Shown here piece by piece: positions 56,415 to 56,728 of a DNA stretch of 56,728 nt. Position numbers and translations under genes: made by a program. The stretch is from positions 1 through 56,728 of the IMG/VR virus record IMGVR_UViG_3300017963_000058. One strand, 5' to 3'. Position 1 is the stretch's first letter. Each line of letters starts with the position of its first letter. Below the pieces are notes generated by a model. The model worked only from the letters and a program-made list of their open reading frames with translations, had not been told where the DNA came from and searched no databases. The DNA comes from a virus (taxonomy: Duplodnaviria; Caudoviricetes).

Positions 56415-56728
56415 ATGGTTAAATTGAACACGAACTTGACTAGTTCAGAACAAGAAGTAATATATCGTTTTTTAACGAATTTAATAATGGGATTCATCAA
56501 GGATTTAAAGCCACGCCATATTCACTATTATGCTAAAAACAACAAAGCCATAGACCCTAAATTTTTTTTTGAATCCATTCCACCAGATATTTTAACAAAA
56601 ATTCGCCCAGCTATCAGGAGCAATAAAAAAATTATTGACCAAATCATAACTTACGATAATGTATTAAAACAATGCCGAATGAAACGACCCGACTTATATC
56701 ACGCATTACAAAATCCAGAATATCAAGA
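56415..56728 (+). CDS. Junction-spanning hypothetical protein, 121 aa (56415-56605 joined to 1-175)
   Basis: Hand translation MVKLNTNLTSSEQEVIYRFL...PEYQDWLKKFLVLIKKRTFTL is open across the overlap and ends at TGA 173-175; absent from the ORF track. Confidence 0.85.
   Translation, partial: MVKLNTNLTSSEQEVIYRFLTNLIMGFIKDLKPRHIHYYAKNNKAIDPKFFFESIPPDILTKIRPAIRSNKKIIDQIITYDNVLKQCRMKRPDLYHALQNPEYQ
56606..56728 (+). repeat. Direct terminal repeat, copy 2
   Basis: Identical to 1-123. Confidence 0.97.

Larger units (their letters stand above)
1..56728. mobile_element. Complete circular genome (about 56,605 bp) of a probable tailless archaeal virus
   Basis: Terminal 123-bp identity with an ORF crossing the junction; modular replication, structural and small-ORF organisation; spike-like beta-helix proteins; no housekeeping genes; archaeal promoter and SD signals. 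Confidence 0.85.

Noticed and set aside
1699-56500. Numerous 60-150 aa ORFs antisense to or nested in long genes (e.g. 1991-2290, 18002-18418, 32990-33448, 55024-55395)
   Set aside because: Shadow frames of real genes with Phe/Ser/Ile-biased translations and no initiation signals

Overview
The window appears to be a complete circular genome of about 56,605 bp. Bases 1-123 are identical to 56606-56728, and an ORF reads through the junction. It is AT-rich and most likely a tailless virus of an archaeon. Evidence for an archaeal host: TTTTTATA boxes 22-25 nt upstream of many ATGs (leaderless archaeal promoters), GGTGA Shine-Dalgarno motifs inside operons, TFB-like proteins, and an AEP primase fused to a PriL-like Fe-S domain. 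An Asgard (Lokiarchaeia-like) host is plausible but only inferred. Modules: (1) replication/recombination, 0.4-12 kb: primase-helicase fusion, AAA_24-type ATPase, possible SSB, Cas4-like nuclease, TFB-like protein, gp88-like protein, DUF932. (2) Virion genes, 12.7-32 kb: three paralogous beta-helix spikes and about eight small beta-rich, candidate single-jelly-roll proteins, interrupted by two HNH cassettes. (3) A + strand run of small ORFs, 32.5-38 kb. (4) A mixed region, 38-56.6 kb: membrane proteins, an HpaII-like C5 methyltransferase, a 963-aa Spo11/Top6A-like protein, HMG-box-like and basic proteins, a thioredoxin and a caspase-fold protease. I recognised no terminase, portal, HK97 capsid, packaging ATPase, DNA polymerase or integrase. 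The most striking unexplained structure is three dispersed 54-bp palindromic sites. They share an identical core with an asymmetric 2-bp centre and swapped arms, as recombination sites do, yet the only candidate strand-transfer enzyme is the Spo11/Top6A-like protein. All protein assignments come from motif recognition by eye; no database search was run.
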